Shown: one piece after another, positions 1-13,021 of the stretch | Numbering within the stretch: position 1 is the first letter of the stretch | Layout: the number at the start of each line of letters is the position of its first letter | Assembly (NCBI RefSeq): GCF_001194135.2 | Contig: NC_069007.1 | Coordinates: forward strand, 1,727,610-1,791,609 | Source: Octopus bimaculoides | Taxonomy: Eukaryota | Direction: 5' to 3' | Length of the DNA stretch: 64,000 bases | The notes under the pieces: model-generated | Told to the model about the DNA's origin: nothing | Database searches by the model: none | Seen by the model: the letters and a program-made list of their open reading frames with translations, nothing else | Program-made: the position numbers and the translations under genes

Positions 1-308
1 CCCTGAAGGATTGAGGCAAGCCTATCATTTATATATATATATATATATATTTCTGTTGGTGTGTGATTGTGCCAATGTGTTACTGTGTGTGTGTGAGTGC
101 ATGTGTACATGTATATGCATAAATATGCTGCAATATTGGTGTATGCATAACTGCAGTTACGAATTTGTGGATGACACATCGCCTACTGGGTACTGTTTTG
201 AACTCTCGGTTGCATGATTGTGGGTGCGTGAGTGGCTGGCGACATGTGATCTTGAACAACACACCTCGCGTCACGCTACTCAATTCCACACAACTTTCTA
301 TCACTGAC

Positions 309-538
309 CTAGTCGAGCAAATCGCTCCCAGGACTTATTCTTTGTAAGCCTAGTACTCATTCTATCGCCTCTTTTGCTGAACGACTAAGTTCAGTTTCCG
401 TCCACCAAATCCACTCACGATGCTTTGGTCGGCCCGAGTCTTTAGTAAAAGACACTTGCCCAAAATGCCACGCAGTGGGACTGAACCCGATACCATGTGG
501 TTGGTAAGCACGGTACTTACTACACAGCTACTCCGGCG

Positions 539-540
<2 letters not shown>
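309..540 (-). mobile_element. SINE family A (tRNA-derived), internally deleted copy
   Basis: Reverse complement carries the head GGCGCCGGAGTAGCTGTGTAG...GGTTCAGTCCCACTGCGTGGC (A/B-box like) joined directly to the 3' module TAAGAATAAGTCCTGGGAGCGATTTGCTCGACTAG-like sequence; homologous to 28975 and 47324. Confidence 0.85.
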
Positions 541-593
<53 letters not shown>

Positions 594-694
594 TTATGTG
601 TGTGTGCACGAGTGTGTATGTGTTTGTATATGTGAGTGTAGGTGTATGAATGTATATATGTATACATATTTCTCTCTCTCTCTTTCCCTCCCTG

Positions 695-730
<36 letters not shown>

Positions 731-737
731 GTATGAT

Positions 738-769
<32 letters not shown>

Positions 770-790
770 AATAAAAAGTGAGAGAGTGAG
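541..790. repeat. Compound microsatellite (TA)n/(TG)n/(CT)n/(GA)n
   Basis: Seen directly; source of the YIYI/CVCV ORFs. Confidence 0.95.
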
Positions 791-1299
791 AAAGAGAGAC
801 GGATAGGCAGATACCTACAAATCGCTATATTATGATCTGGAGAAAAAAAGCATTCTAGGAAACTGTATTGGTTCACTATACATTATTGCAATAAATTTAT
901 GCGAGAAAATATTTGCTTTATGTCGCAGAAACGTGACGTACCTACCAGATTTCACAATATATAGAGAAAGGAAAAAAATCACTGATTGACAAAGAGCTGA
1001 AGAATGGATATTTATTTTCAGGAAGACATTCTGAATGAATGGTCTGTGTTTGTTCGAAAAATGTTTTGTGTTTTTCACTGTCCTTCGTACGACAAAAATA
1101 AAACCTGCCTCCAAATTTCAATTGACATCTGTAACTTCTTAAAATAGCTGCTCTGAGGTCTCTGATAAATATATAAATGGTTCTGTGAAACGTAATACTT
1201 TTAGCATCATCATATTTATATAAAACGGTGTTCTTTCATAAATACCGATTGTAAGTGCTGGCGCTAATTGTGACTACCCAAATCTTCTTCATGTAGTAA

Positions 1300-1510
1300 T
1301 ACTTTCATTAATGCTGGCCAAAAATCTGAAATGCGTGAGAGGAGGGATTAAGATGTCGTTATCATTTCTTCAGTATTTGAACGTCGACCCGGAGAACGTG
1401 AACGATAAATTTGTAATCGGCAGGATTTGAACTCAGAACGTAAAATGCTCGGAGCAATGCTCCAAAGATTTCTTTTGTCCATCGCTCAAATGAATCTTCA
1501 ATCCTCCTTA
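1300..1510 (-). mobile_element. SINE family B, degraded
   Basis: GATTTGAACTCAGAACGTAAA is the reverse complement of the B-box region TTTACGTTCTGAGTTCAAAT; GTCGACCC core also present. Confidence 0.7.
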
Positions 1511-2859
1511 CTCGTGCTGCAACTTATAACATAAACTACATAAAATCATTATATTCCGGAGCATATTGATCGGCACCATATGTCTTGTGCAAAACATTGA
1601 AATAATCGGGGCTTTTTTTTTTTTCACTGGCCAAGCAATTATTGATCTCCTAATGTCTAATATCGGACATAATTTCCCACCAGAACATTAGAGAAAAGAA
1701 GAAAAAAAAAATCGTTTCTATTCCCAGAAATTAGTTTATTGAAGCTGATTGAGAGAGAATTCAAACCACGCTTGAAATAATGGCCTAGAGTAATTTCAAA
1801 CAGTTGTTCCTTGGAGACGTCTAAGATATACTGGAAACAGTCAAGGCTGGGGACTTCGGTCAAGCTTCCTACTAAGAATTAAAACAAAAGTATTACACTT
1901 GCTCCAGATAAACTGCCATATGAACATATATATAGTGACCCTAATAATATTTAGCACATGCACGAATGAAATGATAAAATACAAAATAGTAAAGTATGAA
2001 TTATAAAAGCTTTCAGGATGCAAACTTAGAATGACGAACAATAAAAAATGAAACTCCTTGTAATGGGGAATAGTCAAGTGAAAGACTAGAGAGTGAAAAG
2101 AGTTCAAACAAAACTGAATATGGAAGAAACAGATATAATTTCAAGAACAAGTAAATTCTAGAGTGTACGTTACGTTGATCAAATTTAGTCTCGATAAAAT
2201 CTATAAGCCTACAAATCCCTGGTCTATTAAGTAAAAGGGAAAAATAGTGGGACGACAAAAATCGTGGAAATTTGTATCTCTGCGTTTCAAATAGCCCAAA
2301 ATGAAGAGCCATCTGTGTGTGTTTTCAGAAATAAATCACTTTAGATTTAAAGTTTCCTTCCAATATGAATTTTATATGAAACTCAATAACAATCAAGGTG
2401 TTGTTTTGCTTCAGTTATCTCTGTTAATATTTCGTCATCAGTGGGTTTCTTCTTCTTATCGATGATAGAAATAACGAAATACGCCTGAATGTCTTTGAAT
2501 GACCTATCGGAGAATAGGAGAAGTGTCCTGGACCACACGAGATGCTGTAAAAGATAAAATACAAAGCATTAAATGGAACAGAATTTAATAACAGAACACG
2601 TTACTGAACCGAACAATAACGGAAAAATAAAACCTAGCCCTTGTTTATGACACACAAAATTCCTTAAACACAATAACATTCTTAAACACACCCACAACCA
2701 GCAACCGAGATACTTTCACTAAAATGAACCAGACGATCCCGGGTTATTGAATAAATGTCTACAATATCAAAATCTCAGGAAAGATAACGCAGTATGTTAC
2801 ACGCAGCACAAATTATAAATTATGAACTAATAAAAAGAAAATAGTAATATTGGGCGAGA

Positions 2860-3340
2860 ATGTCGCAGTAAGTGATATGAGCAACCACCTTTGCCAGTCA
2901 CACAGTAGAATGAGGTGAAACTCTTATGGGATATGCCAGAATACGAAGGTAAGAAGCTGAAATCATAACCGCCCAGATATTGTCCTACGGAAAGAATCCC
3001 AAGAATAGACCGTCATCGACGTCACTCTGTCTGCAGAGAAGAATATTGTGAAGGCGGTGAACGAGGAAGTTGAGAAGTATCAAGACCTAGCATTAGATTG
3101 AAACGAACGCACAGGGCCTTAAAAGTGAATGTGGTACCTATTGTGGCCAGTGCACTGGAAACCATCTCAAACAAAGCAATGAACAGGCATAAAAAGCTAC
3201 AGATACCGAACTACATAGGAAGTACTCAGTTGGCAGCAGACTTGGAATGGCACATGTGGGGAGAAAAGTGCTGTATTTTTAAGTTGCGGGAGGGAGCTGC
3301 GATGTGGCATAAATAACTCAGAGGAGAATAGAATAACAAC
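2860..3340 (+). mobile_element. Non-LTR retrotransposon 3' fragment, restriction-like endonuclease domain (R4/Dong-like), decayed
   Basis: Frameshifted translation NEVKLLWDMP..NHNRPDIVLRKESQE*TVIDVTLSAEKNIVKAVNEEVEKYQDLAL..KVNVVPIVASALETIS matches the LWD..RPD..ID..K..KY..VPIV.GALG RLE motif. Confidence 0.85.
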
Positions 3341-3703
3341 AATAATTATTATTGTAAAATTTCTCACCAACACGTAACCAGATTCTGGCAATTTACTAAA
3401 CGCACTTTAGATAATATATTGTACAAACTTCAGTGTAAACAAGATAGTTGTTTTGGTAATTTCATATCATTAAAATGACAATAGAAATGGTTGAATCTTC
3501 ACGGGATTCTTTAGCTGCAGTTGCCTGCTGCTGTCTTTTGCTGCCATTATTGCTACAACAGTGGCTGTAGCTGTTTCTACTGCTGCGATTATAAATATTT
3601 TGCAAACTGCTATCTCTGACAGTTCTGTCAGTAGAAATCAATAGAATTTATAATGAATTAAATCTGATTTAAAATTGCTTTGCATTTTATATTATTCTTA
3701 CTT

Positions 3704-3928
3704 CTACTTAATCGACCAATAGTTGCGAACATCTCTATCGGACATTGGTTCCTTTCCGAAACCCTCAATGATATACCGAGAAGGGCATGAGCTTCGCACA
3801 TCTTTAAATATCGGCCGCATTCTTTCGCGTGATATGAATCTAAGTTCAAATAGAGTTATGTCTTTCGGCTCAGGTTCTCGAGAACTCTCCCCAGAAATCG
3901 CAATATCTACGAAAACGGCATTTCTAGG
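3704..3928 (-). CDS. Candidate coding exon (74 aa plus stop), product unknown
   Basis: Acceptor tgtttccgttttAG at 3930-3929, then phase-0 open frame PRNAVFVDIAISGESSREPEPKDITLFELRFISRERMRPIFKDVRSSCPSRYIIEGFGKEPMSDRDVRNYWSIK*. The other two frames stop within 8 codons; sequence appears unique and more GC-rich than its flanks. Confidence 0.4.
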   Translation of the reverse strand, partial: PRNAVFVDIAISGESSREPEPKDITLFELRFISRERMRPIFKDVRSSCPSRYIIEGFGKEPMSDRDVRNYWSIK

Positions 3929-4486
3929 CTAAAACGGAAACAGCAGCAGAGTGATGCAGCAATTGAGCAAAGATTCTGTTAAAATATACGTAAGTTCCAT
4001 TTAGAGCTTTGTCTTATAAGCTTACTACAAAAGGTTCTTGTCAGACATACACTATAAAAAAAATATATGCGTGGTTCAATCTTCGATATACGATTCAGAG
4101 AGCTGGAAAACAAATATTAGACTTGCCTTCAGCTGTAAATCAGCGTTGTACCTTAGAATTATGAAAACTTTGACACTATTCTACATGTAGATGGATTGTT
4201 AAAAATTAAAAGAAATCTGATGTCTTTTCTTATATAACTATAAACTTTTATTTCTCAGACTGAAAACATGATCAGGTGGAAGAGTCTTTGATCTATAATT
4301 ACGGGGTCTCTTTTGTTTAAATCTTCTGAATTTTATTTGATTGGATGTAAAAAAACAAAACACACATAAAAGGATACATTTTTTTTTTATAATGAAAGGA
4401 AAGGAGTTAATTAGATGACCGCTGTGCAACTAATTACTTATTCACGAAGACACTTATTTTTGTATATCTTATATATTACATCTTTT

Positions 4487-4908
4487 ACCTTTTACTTATT
4501 TCAGTCGTTAGAGGCCATTCAAGGCCATGCTGGGGCACCACCTTGTATGATTTTAGTCGAATGAATCGACCCAATACATTTTATCATTAAAGCCTGGTAT
4601 TCCGCCTGTCGGTCCCTTTCTTCGCTTTTTCCGAACCACTAAATTACCGCTAAGTTACGGGGACGTAAACACACCACCACCTATTGTCAAGCGATGAGTA
4701 GGGACAAACCTAGACACAAAGAAATACACAGATATGTAAGTATAGGATGGGTTTCTTTCAGTTTCCATTTTCCGAATCCACTCACACGGCTTTGGTCGGT
4801 CCGATGATATAGTAGAACGTACCTGCCGAATCTGCCACGCAGAGGGACTGAAACCCAGACCATGTGTTTGAGAAGAAAACTTCTTATCACACAGTCACGT
4901 ATCCGCCT
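4487..4908 (-). mobile_element. SINE family A, near full length
   Basis: Head (reverse complement of GGGACTGAAACC), middle TTTCAGTTTCC..TCCACTCAC..GCTTTGGTCGG, and 3' module GCTAAGTTACGGGGACGTAAACACACC. Confidence 0.85.
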
Positions 4909-5563
4909 ATTTTACGTGTTATTATAACTATTTATTTCTGGAGTAATTAATGAGATTGTGTGTTTCGTAAAATTGACAAGATATTTAACACTTCTATGGC
5001 GCACAAAAGTATTCATTTGAAATTTAAAAATTGTCATGATGCATGCTGAGAACGAAAACATATTTCTAAAAACAAATTTTGATACCACACAAAGCTAACT
5101 AGATGATATCCCCATATGTGGTACGCGAAAAAGAAACAACGAAATTACGTCGAATGTCTTGAAAATAGCCACGAGTGTCGTCAATAAATAAGCTTTTACT
5201 GAAAATATATGCGCTTCAGATTATTAGATTTCATAAATACAATTGAATCCTACCACCTGGCGTTATAATTCCTCTTTCAGATACGAAAATATTTTAAAAT
5301 AAGTAGTGATGTGTGTTTCTTCAGCATCGAAGAAATACACGAATTACTTAAAGACAGGCGTCCCTGGACTCTCACTGATTTAAAGCTTTACCTGGAAATT
5401 CTATATAAGTGTATCTATATATGTGTATACTTATATTCCCAAATTAATATATACAAATATACATTATATATATATATATATAAATATGACCACTAAAGTG
5501 GACGTTTAATGTGCTAGAAATAGACCACATGTTGTGTCTACTAAGACCTAATGGTTCTCAAAC

Positions 5564-5601
<38 letters not shown>

Positions 5602-5840
5602 TTGTTTAAAAGAGTTCCAACACTGTCTGTTTTTTTATGTTTTATTTATATTCCTGCAGAACCAATGTGGGGTATGGAATATGGAATATACAATATATAA
5701 TATAAAATAAAATAAAATAAAAATGGATGGCACCATGAAAGAAAGTATTGAATGTAGATGAAATATTGAGTGTTCAATATAAAGGATCAAATATATAAAT
5801 ATATAAATATAAATATATAAAGGCGACTCGAGTTTTAGGG

Positions 5841-5914
<74 letters not shown>

Positions 5915-5969
5915 TTATCTATGTATATAAATAGAGCGAAAGAAGCAATATTAAAAAAATAGTATCAAA

Positions 5970-6263
5970 GGTGAAATATTCAACACTTAAAAAGTTAAAA
6001 GTGGGTGTTGCGTTCCAACAAACAAAAATAAATTCCCGATTTGTTATCGGTGCATAAAAGTATGTTCTAGCTATCCTTAGCGGGAAAGAAAGGGTCCGAA
6101 ATTAGCGGAAGTAGTAGGGTTTGCCTGCTGCTGTTGCTTCTGATAGTTGTGATGTGTTTTTATGCGCCCAAAAATCATGAAAGATTTTCTTCTCTCTCGG
6201 TATGTGTCGCCGTATATGTGGATTCTAATGCAATACCCACTTTTAAGTGTAGAATATGTTACC
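5970..6263. mobile_element. MITE-like element with ~32 bp imperfect terminal inverted repeats
   Basis: Left GGTGAAATATTCAACACTT[AAAAAGTT]AAAAGTGGGTGTTGC (5970-6011) versus reverse complement of 6230-6263, GGTAACATATTCTACACTTAAAAGTGGGTATTGC. Confidence 0.55.
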
Positions 6264-6613
6264 TTCCCACTTAAAATTCAGTCTTGCGTTAGAACATTGA
6301 GATACAGCGCTATATAAATGCACACATATACAAAACAATATCTGATAATAATATATATTCTCCGAATTGAAGCAACAATTTTAAAACACAAATAAATAAC
6401 CGAAAAACGATGAGTTAGCCCTGGTCAGTTTACACTACACACGAGCTGTTTACACTACAGAAGACGAAGTTTATGAAAGAACTCTGTGGGACTATTCCTT
6501 TCAACGTGGAATAAAACCGTAGAGGAAAAATCTGATATTACTATGAAACATAATCGCCGACCAATCATAAGGCAAAGAAACTTTGGTTAAACTTCATAAT
6601 ACAAAAGAGTTAT

Positions 6614-6657
<44 letters not shown>

Positions 6658-7129
6658 NNNNNNNNNNNNNNNNNNNNNNNNNNNNNNNNNNNNNNNNNNN
6701 NNNNNNNNNNNNNNNNNNNNNNNNNNNNNNNNNNNNNNNNNNNNNNNNNNNNNNNNNNNNNNNNNNNNNNNNNNNNNNNNNNNNNNNNNNNNNNNNNNNN
6801 NNNNNNNNNNNNNNNNNNNNNNNNNNNNNNNNNNNNNNNNNNNNNNNNNNNNNNNNNNNNNNNNNNNNNNNNNNNNNNNNNNNNNNNNNNNNNNNNNNNN
6901 NNNNNNNNNNNNNNNNNNNNNNNNNNNNNNNNNNNNNNNNNNNNNNNNNNNNNNNNNNNNNNNNNNNNNNNNNNNNNNNNNNNNNNNNNNNNNNNNNNNN
7001 NNNNNNNNNNNNNNNNNNNNNNNNNNNNNNNNNNNNNNNNNNNNNNNNNNNNNNNNNNNNNNNNNNNNNNNNNNNNNNNNNNNNNNNNNNNNNNNNNNNN
7101 NNNNNNNNTATATATATAAAAACAAATAG

Positions 7130-7625
7130 TAAATGAGTATATGCATATATACGTACAGGTATGTGCATACCGACATCCACCTGTATGTATAGGTGCATAT
7201 CTGGGTACAGGACATTGCAAACAAAACGTAGACGAGAAAACACACAAGCCACATAGAGAACATTCTTCTTCATCAGCTACCCCCGTTTTAACACCGGCGT
7301 TTCGAAGAGCGGGGCAGGACGCAGCGTTAAAACGGCTCTTCCCATGGACCGCAAATTAAATTTGTATACACAAATTAAATCTTGCCATGGAGGAATGTAG
7401 TGGCGGACAAAAAAACAAGACAGGAAAACAAACAGAAAAGGCTTTACGGCCAGACGAGAAAAATTATGTAGGGCAAATAAGGTAATGGAGAGGATAAAAT
7501 ACTATATACATCTTCCGGTAGAGACTCCTGTGTGTCTATTCATTCCAGAGCATTAAAAACTATTAGAAAGTATCAGAGAGTATCAGGAGAAAACATACAC
7601 ATATAGTAGCTGCGTTGCACACACG
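7130..7625 (-). mobile_element. Small interspersed element, Penelope-LTR-like, with internal hairpin
   Basis: Perfect 10-bp inverted repeat CCGTTTTAAC/GTTAAAACGG; minus strand has CTTCGAAAC...CTGATGAAGAAG. Family assignment is by motif resemblance only. Confidence 0.35.
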
Positions 7626-7655
7626 TGTATTACTATTACAGAAAAGTGCAAAAAC

Positions 7656-7876
7656 GCGGTGAGCTGGCAGAAACGTTAGCACGCCGGGCGAAATGCTTAG
7701 CGGTATTTCGTCTGCCACTATGTTCAGAGTTCAAATTACGCTGAGGTTCACTTTGCCTTTCATCCTTTCGGGGTCGATTAAATAAGTACCAGTTACGCAC
7801 TCTATCGACTTAATCCGTTTGTCTGTCCCTGTTTGTTCCCTCTGTTTGTAGCCCCTTGTGGGCAATAAAGAAATAA
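7656..7876 (+). mobile_element. SINE family B, long-tail variant
   Basis: GCGGTGAGCTGGCAGAAACGTTAGCAC...GAGTTCAAATT...GCCTTTCATCCTTTCGGGGTCGAT...TTGTCTGTCCCTGTTTGTTCCCTCT...GGCAATAAAGAAATAAG. Confidence 0.9.
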
Positions 7877-8503
7877 GAAAGAGTGCAAAATTCTGTTTCT
7901 TACGGCCGCTTCTGGCAAGAGGCAACGAAAGCCTCCATGCTGTTGTATAGTACACTATCAGCAGTATATTGGATGGGCACTATCCTTTAGTTGGCTGGTT
8001 TCCAAACTTCTAACTCTCACAGAAATATATATGTTTGTGTTTGTGTGTCTGTGTGTGAGTGAGCGTGTGTGTTTGAAGACACGTCTACCTATATGGTAAT
8101 CAGTCATGAACGGTGTCTTTTGAAAATTAATATTAATGTATTAATATAGGACATAGCTGAAAGGTTTCCTCACCGACGCATACTTGCTCAAAAGTGAGGT
8201 CATTTACAACAACATTCAATTACGTAGAATCACTTCTAGTTGAAATTACAAAGCAAAACAAACCACTTTTGCCTTTGTTCGTCATTTTCCTCTCTCTCTC
8301 GTTTTCTTTAATCTCTTGCCTTTTGTTTCTATTTTTCCCAATTCTCTCCCGTTCTCCTTCCCAACTCGCCCACACCAAACTCCCATTGCCTGTGTGTATA
8401 CGGCGATATATAGTTACACATTCATACACATACATACATACATATAAACATACATACACACATGCATATATACATATATACATACAAAGACACACAAACA
8501 TAC

Positions 8504-8579
<76 letters not shown>

Positions 8580-8866
8580 GCACACACAACACTAAATGTG
8601 TGTTTATTAATGTGAGTTGTGTCTGGATATGCGTGTGTGCACTTGTGTGTTAATGTGTGTGTGAGCTTATATATATATATATATATATACGCATATATAT
8701 CGCCACGGAAAATCGCAGAAACACAAATACGAGCATTCATATAACTGTATCAACACAGGCATGTACGTATACATATGTGGTTATGTTCATATACACTTAT
8801 GTATACATACATATACTAATATAGTCACTAAACATTCATATATATATAAATTTATATATTTGTGTA

Positions 8867-8907
<41 letters not shown>

Positions 8908-8926
8908 ATACATTCATATGTACGTG

Positions 8927-8962
<36 letters not shown>

Positions 8963-9464
8963 GGGAAAAGAGAGTTAGACACATTTTATATTATTAATCA
9001 CGCAAGCTTCATCTAATACTGAACTGAAGAAGCTACTGAGAATATATAAAAAATAAAATTTATACTATTAGTTCGAACTAATCCAATTGCAAGTGCAGCT
9101 TGATGAATATCGATTATTCAATCAATGCCAATAAAACAGCTTCTCATGTATCGACTTTTCTTCTAGACTGAATCATGCCTGTTATAATGTGATGTCTTTA
9201 TGCGCTTTGAAATGGGAAAATTATGAGAAGAAGCGTTTTAGGAAAAAAATAGCTGTGAAATTATTGAAAATAAAACAAGTGCAAGTTATAACCTTCACAA
9301 CTGTTAGTCTCGTCATGGAATAATTTTCGAGGAATTTGTATACGAATGATTTTCATATCTATAGTTGCTCTTCTCATTGTTGATTGCGATCGCTGTGTAT
9401 ATTCTATTATCTGTATATATATGTATATATATAAATATATATATGGAACATCCATCAGTATCTC

Positions 9465-9497
<33 letters not shown>

Positions 9498-10214
9498 NNN
9501 NNNNNNNNNNNNNNNNNNNNNNNNNNNNNNNNNNNNNNNNNNNNNNNNNNNNNNNNNNNNNNNNNNNNNNNNNNNNNNNNNNNNNNNNNNNNNNNNNNNN
9601 NNNNNNNNNNNNNNNNNNNNNNNNNNNNNNNNNNNNNNNNNNNNNNNNNNNNNNNNNNNNNNNNNNNNNNNNNNNNNNNNNNNNNNNNTTTTTCCTGTCA
9701 AGTGCTTATATGCCCCACTATTAGACTATTCTCCATAGAACTTTGCACATTGATCGCATTAAGCTTATAGAAAAATACGATTATTATTATCTACAGAATT
9801 TTAAAACTCGTGACTGCTTACCAAAACAATGCGCCCCGAATTTATATATATATAAAATACAGTGTACATTTAAAGACATAAGAGGAATCCACTCATGTGA
9901 TTCCTCACGCTAGAAAGAACAGCTAAGTACCAAAACCACAAATTAGGGAAAAAATCTCGAAAGGAACGAAATGAAAAAAAAAACTTTTACCATCTTTTTT
10001 CCTGGACCAATTGTTTTCTGACTTTAGTTTAGCAAATAAAATAATTTGCTAGGTGAAATCGTCTTCAACAGGTACACCTCAGATTAAATATATCAACACG
10101 AGGCAATCAATTATGTGCCTCTTGTTTATACATCCTAACTTTTTCAAATCTACTGCGCATTTTTTAAAAGTTGGCATTTTTTATTGCCGACGAGTAACTG
10201 CGCCTGCCCAGTAT

Positions 10215-10364
10215 ATTTTAAAGAGTTAGGGGAGAGCTAAGTCGGTTACATGAACGCCAGAATTCAACTGGTGACCATTTTATCAACTATTTTGGTGGTT
10301 GAGAGGCAAAGTTGATCTCGGCGGGATTTGAACTCGGCGTGATTTGAACGTAAATACGGACGAA
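10215..10364 (-). mobile_element. SINE family B, partial
   Basis: GGCAAAGTTGATCTCGGCGGGATTTGAAC is the reverse complement of the family core. Confidence 0.7.
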
Positions 10365-11891
10365 TTTTTTTATTGTTTGCTTTTTCCTTTCTCTCTTTCT
10401 CTTCCCCTTTTTCTCTATGACATGACTGTAAATGAACAATGTGGTATGTATACAGTACCTTTCTATGCCCTGGATGTCAAGAAGACACTCGGCAAGAAAT
10501 GGAAACAGAATTTAAAGAAGATGCTAATGAAAATAATAAGAAGATGAAGAAGAAGAAGGAGGATTTGTACCGGACTGGATGGTTTAAAGCAGAATTGTGT
10601 ATGATCTAAAGCACAAGGGCCCAGTCATGAGTGTCGTATTCTGTAAATATTGTATGAGTGCGTGATAATCCATGGCGTGGAAGCTGTGTCGAGCAAACGA
10701 GTACAAAATGAAGGCTAATAAAGAAGAAAAGTTCACCAACTGGAAAGAGAAACTGCCAAACGGACAATTTTGTTTACAAATGGAGAGCACCAGCATGTTT
10801 TCCTCACACCAGCAATATAAGCCAAGACTCACGTATGACAATTTTTTTATTTTTATTTTAATTAACTTTATTGTTCAACTAAGGGCGCTGTGTTTGGAAA
10901 TAAGGAAGCAAGGTAACCACTGACAATGCCTTTGACATGTCTGCCTTCTCAAGCTGGAAACGAAGAAAACTACGAGAAAATTCAATGAGAAGAACAAAGT
11001 TAAAAAGAGCTGCAATAGTACCACCAGCAACAACAAAAACATAAATAAATAATTGTTGTGCCAATAACAATGACAGCATTTATCAGATGGATGTATTGCC
11101 AACCTCTCCATCTGATATTGTCATTCGGATTTGGTGTTAAGAAAACGTTTCTTCGCATCGGTTGGAATATATTTATCGATTGTATTAATGGATATAGAAG
11201 TCGAATCACGAAGTACATAATTTACTGTCGTTTATAAACAGCGATCAAATATGCGCCGCCATGATTGTTAAACGCTATTGTTACCGTATTCGTTTCAACA
11301 ATTAACAAAAGTCTCGGAGTGTATGACCTTTCTGTTAGAATAACAGGTCAGAGGATTTCAATGGGACAATTCTTATCGATTATGAAAAGAGCAATCGCAG
11401 CTAATAACGAGATATGTAACATTCGTCACAGCAGCTTCATTTCACGAGAAACAGTGGGCAAAACAGCTTTGTAGTTGGTCACACAACAATACCCTAATTT
11501 GATTTACACCTTAAATAGCAGTTTACACGTTGAATTATCAGCAACGTAATGTATGTACGTTATCGATTCCAACACAATAAATTCCATAATCTAAATAACC
11601 AAGAAGCGGTGAAGGTTGTAGTGATACAAAGGTGACTTCTTAAATTGTGTTACAAATTGGATTCTACTACACCGAATTTTCGGCGTGCGTAACTTTGCTC
11701 ATTATCTCGGGTCACCAATGCTCTGTCAACGATAATTGACGGAAGGTGATAGAAACCCACGGAAGCTTGTCGTATATCTATATACACACATGAATAAACA
11801 CATAAGTTTGTATGTGTATGAAATATATATATGTGCGTGTGTGTGCGTGCGTGCCTGTGTATGTGTATACCTGTTTGCGCATATATATATA

Positions 11892-11941
<50 letters not shown>

Positions 11942-12420
11942 CAGGATGTCCCCAAGAAATATATACACACCTGAGCAGCTGATAACTCGATTTTTTTTCC
12001 TTCCAGGATGAGACCCAGTGGAATAAATGATGGCAGATAGAGTAAGCTTTGACCGAAGGAAATTCATTCAAAAATGCTACTGAAAGTGTGAAAACGCAAT
12101 TCAAGAACAAAGACAGTTTAGGAGAGAGTTTTAAACTGATTCACCAGTGTGACTTACCATCACTTGAATTAAAAATATGTTTGAAGCCGATAGAAATGTT
12201 CAGAATGTTCGCGAGAAACGTTCCGGAAGACCACGAACATCGACAACCCCTACAAACCAATGAGTGCTGGAAATGTATCTCCGGTGTCCAAGCAAATATG
12301 TGCGACAAGCGAGTGGTGACGTAGGTATGTCAAAATCGTCTGTCCAAAGCATTTTGAAACGTTGTCGAAAAACGTTACGTTCCAAGATTAGTACATGCTA
12401 TTATGATGATGATCCAGTAC
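11942..12420 (+). mobile_element. Tc1/mariner-type DNA transposon 5' part with pseudogenised transposase N-terminus (DUF4817-like HTH)
   Basis: TA|CAGGATGTCCC terminus at 11942. ATG at 12030 gives MADRVSFDRRKFIQKCY*KCENAIQEQRQFRREF*TDSPV*LTIT*IKNMFEADRNVQNVREKRSGRPRTS..VRQAS..GMSKSSVQSILKR, then frameshift to YVPRLVHAI..DDP; five in-frame stops. Confidence 0.85.
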
Positions 12421-13021
12421 TACTACTACTATATAGTACCACCACTGCTACAACAACGGACGAAATGTTTCAAAATGTTTGATACACATACACACAACAG
12501 AATCTATTGGCGGCTTTACAATCACTTTCCAGAAATATTAGTGGCTACAAATTAAATTATCTTGCTGTAAATATGAAAGAGTTCAGCAGGCTGCAGAACT
12601 TGAAAAGTCATTGGAGCCGACAGCTAAAATGGATTTATTGGACTGCAGCTAAAGACGAGAAACCTTATATTATTGCTACGTAATTTAGAGCGCCATAGCT
12701 AGGAGATAGACATGTCCTTTTCCGATTTATAAGATAACGGTTTCCATATAACCTAACTCTTGCCATATCAAAGAAATACTCACATTCACACGTTCTGGAC
12801 TCCATCCGAAGGAACACTTCGTTGCTAATGGACAATTTAATTTAGGATTTAATTTAGGATACTCAAAAGCTGAAAATACTCCATAATGTCCTCTCTTAGG
12901 TAAGATAAAAAACATGGCATATCCTGTGGAAATCACATGATGACGTCCAGTATCACCAATTTTTAGATACAAACCTAATATCAAATATATACCGGAGACA
13001 TGTAGTATATCATTTCTCATT

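Noticed and set aside
1657-2312. Possible decayed APE endonuclease on the minus strand (DFIETKFD, GVSFFIVR)
   Set aside because: Only scattered resemblance across different frames; no convincing motif set without an alignment.
10439-10612. 57-codon frame with CPGC and a charged stretch
   Set aside because: Short, half is a GAA/AAT triplet tract, and there is no matching splice pair.
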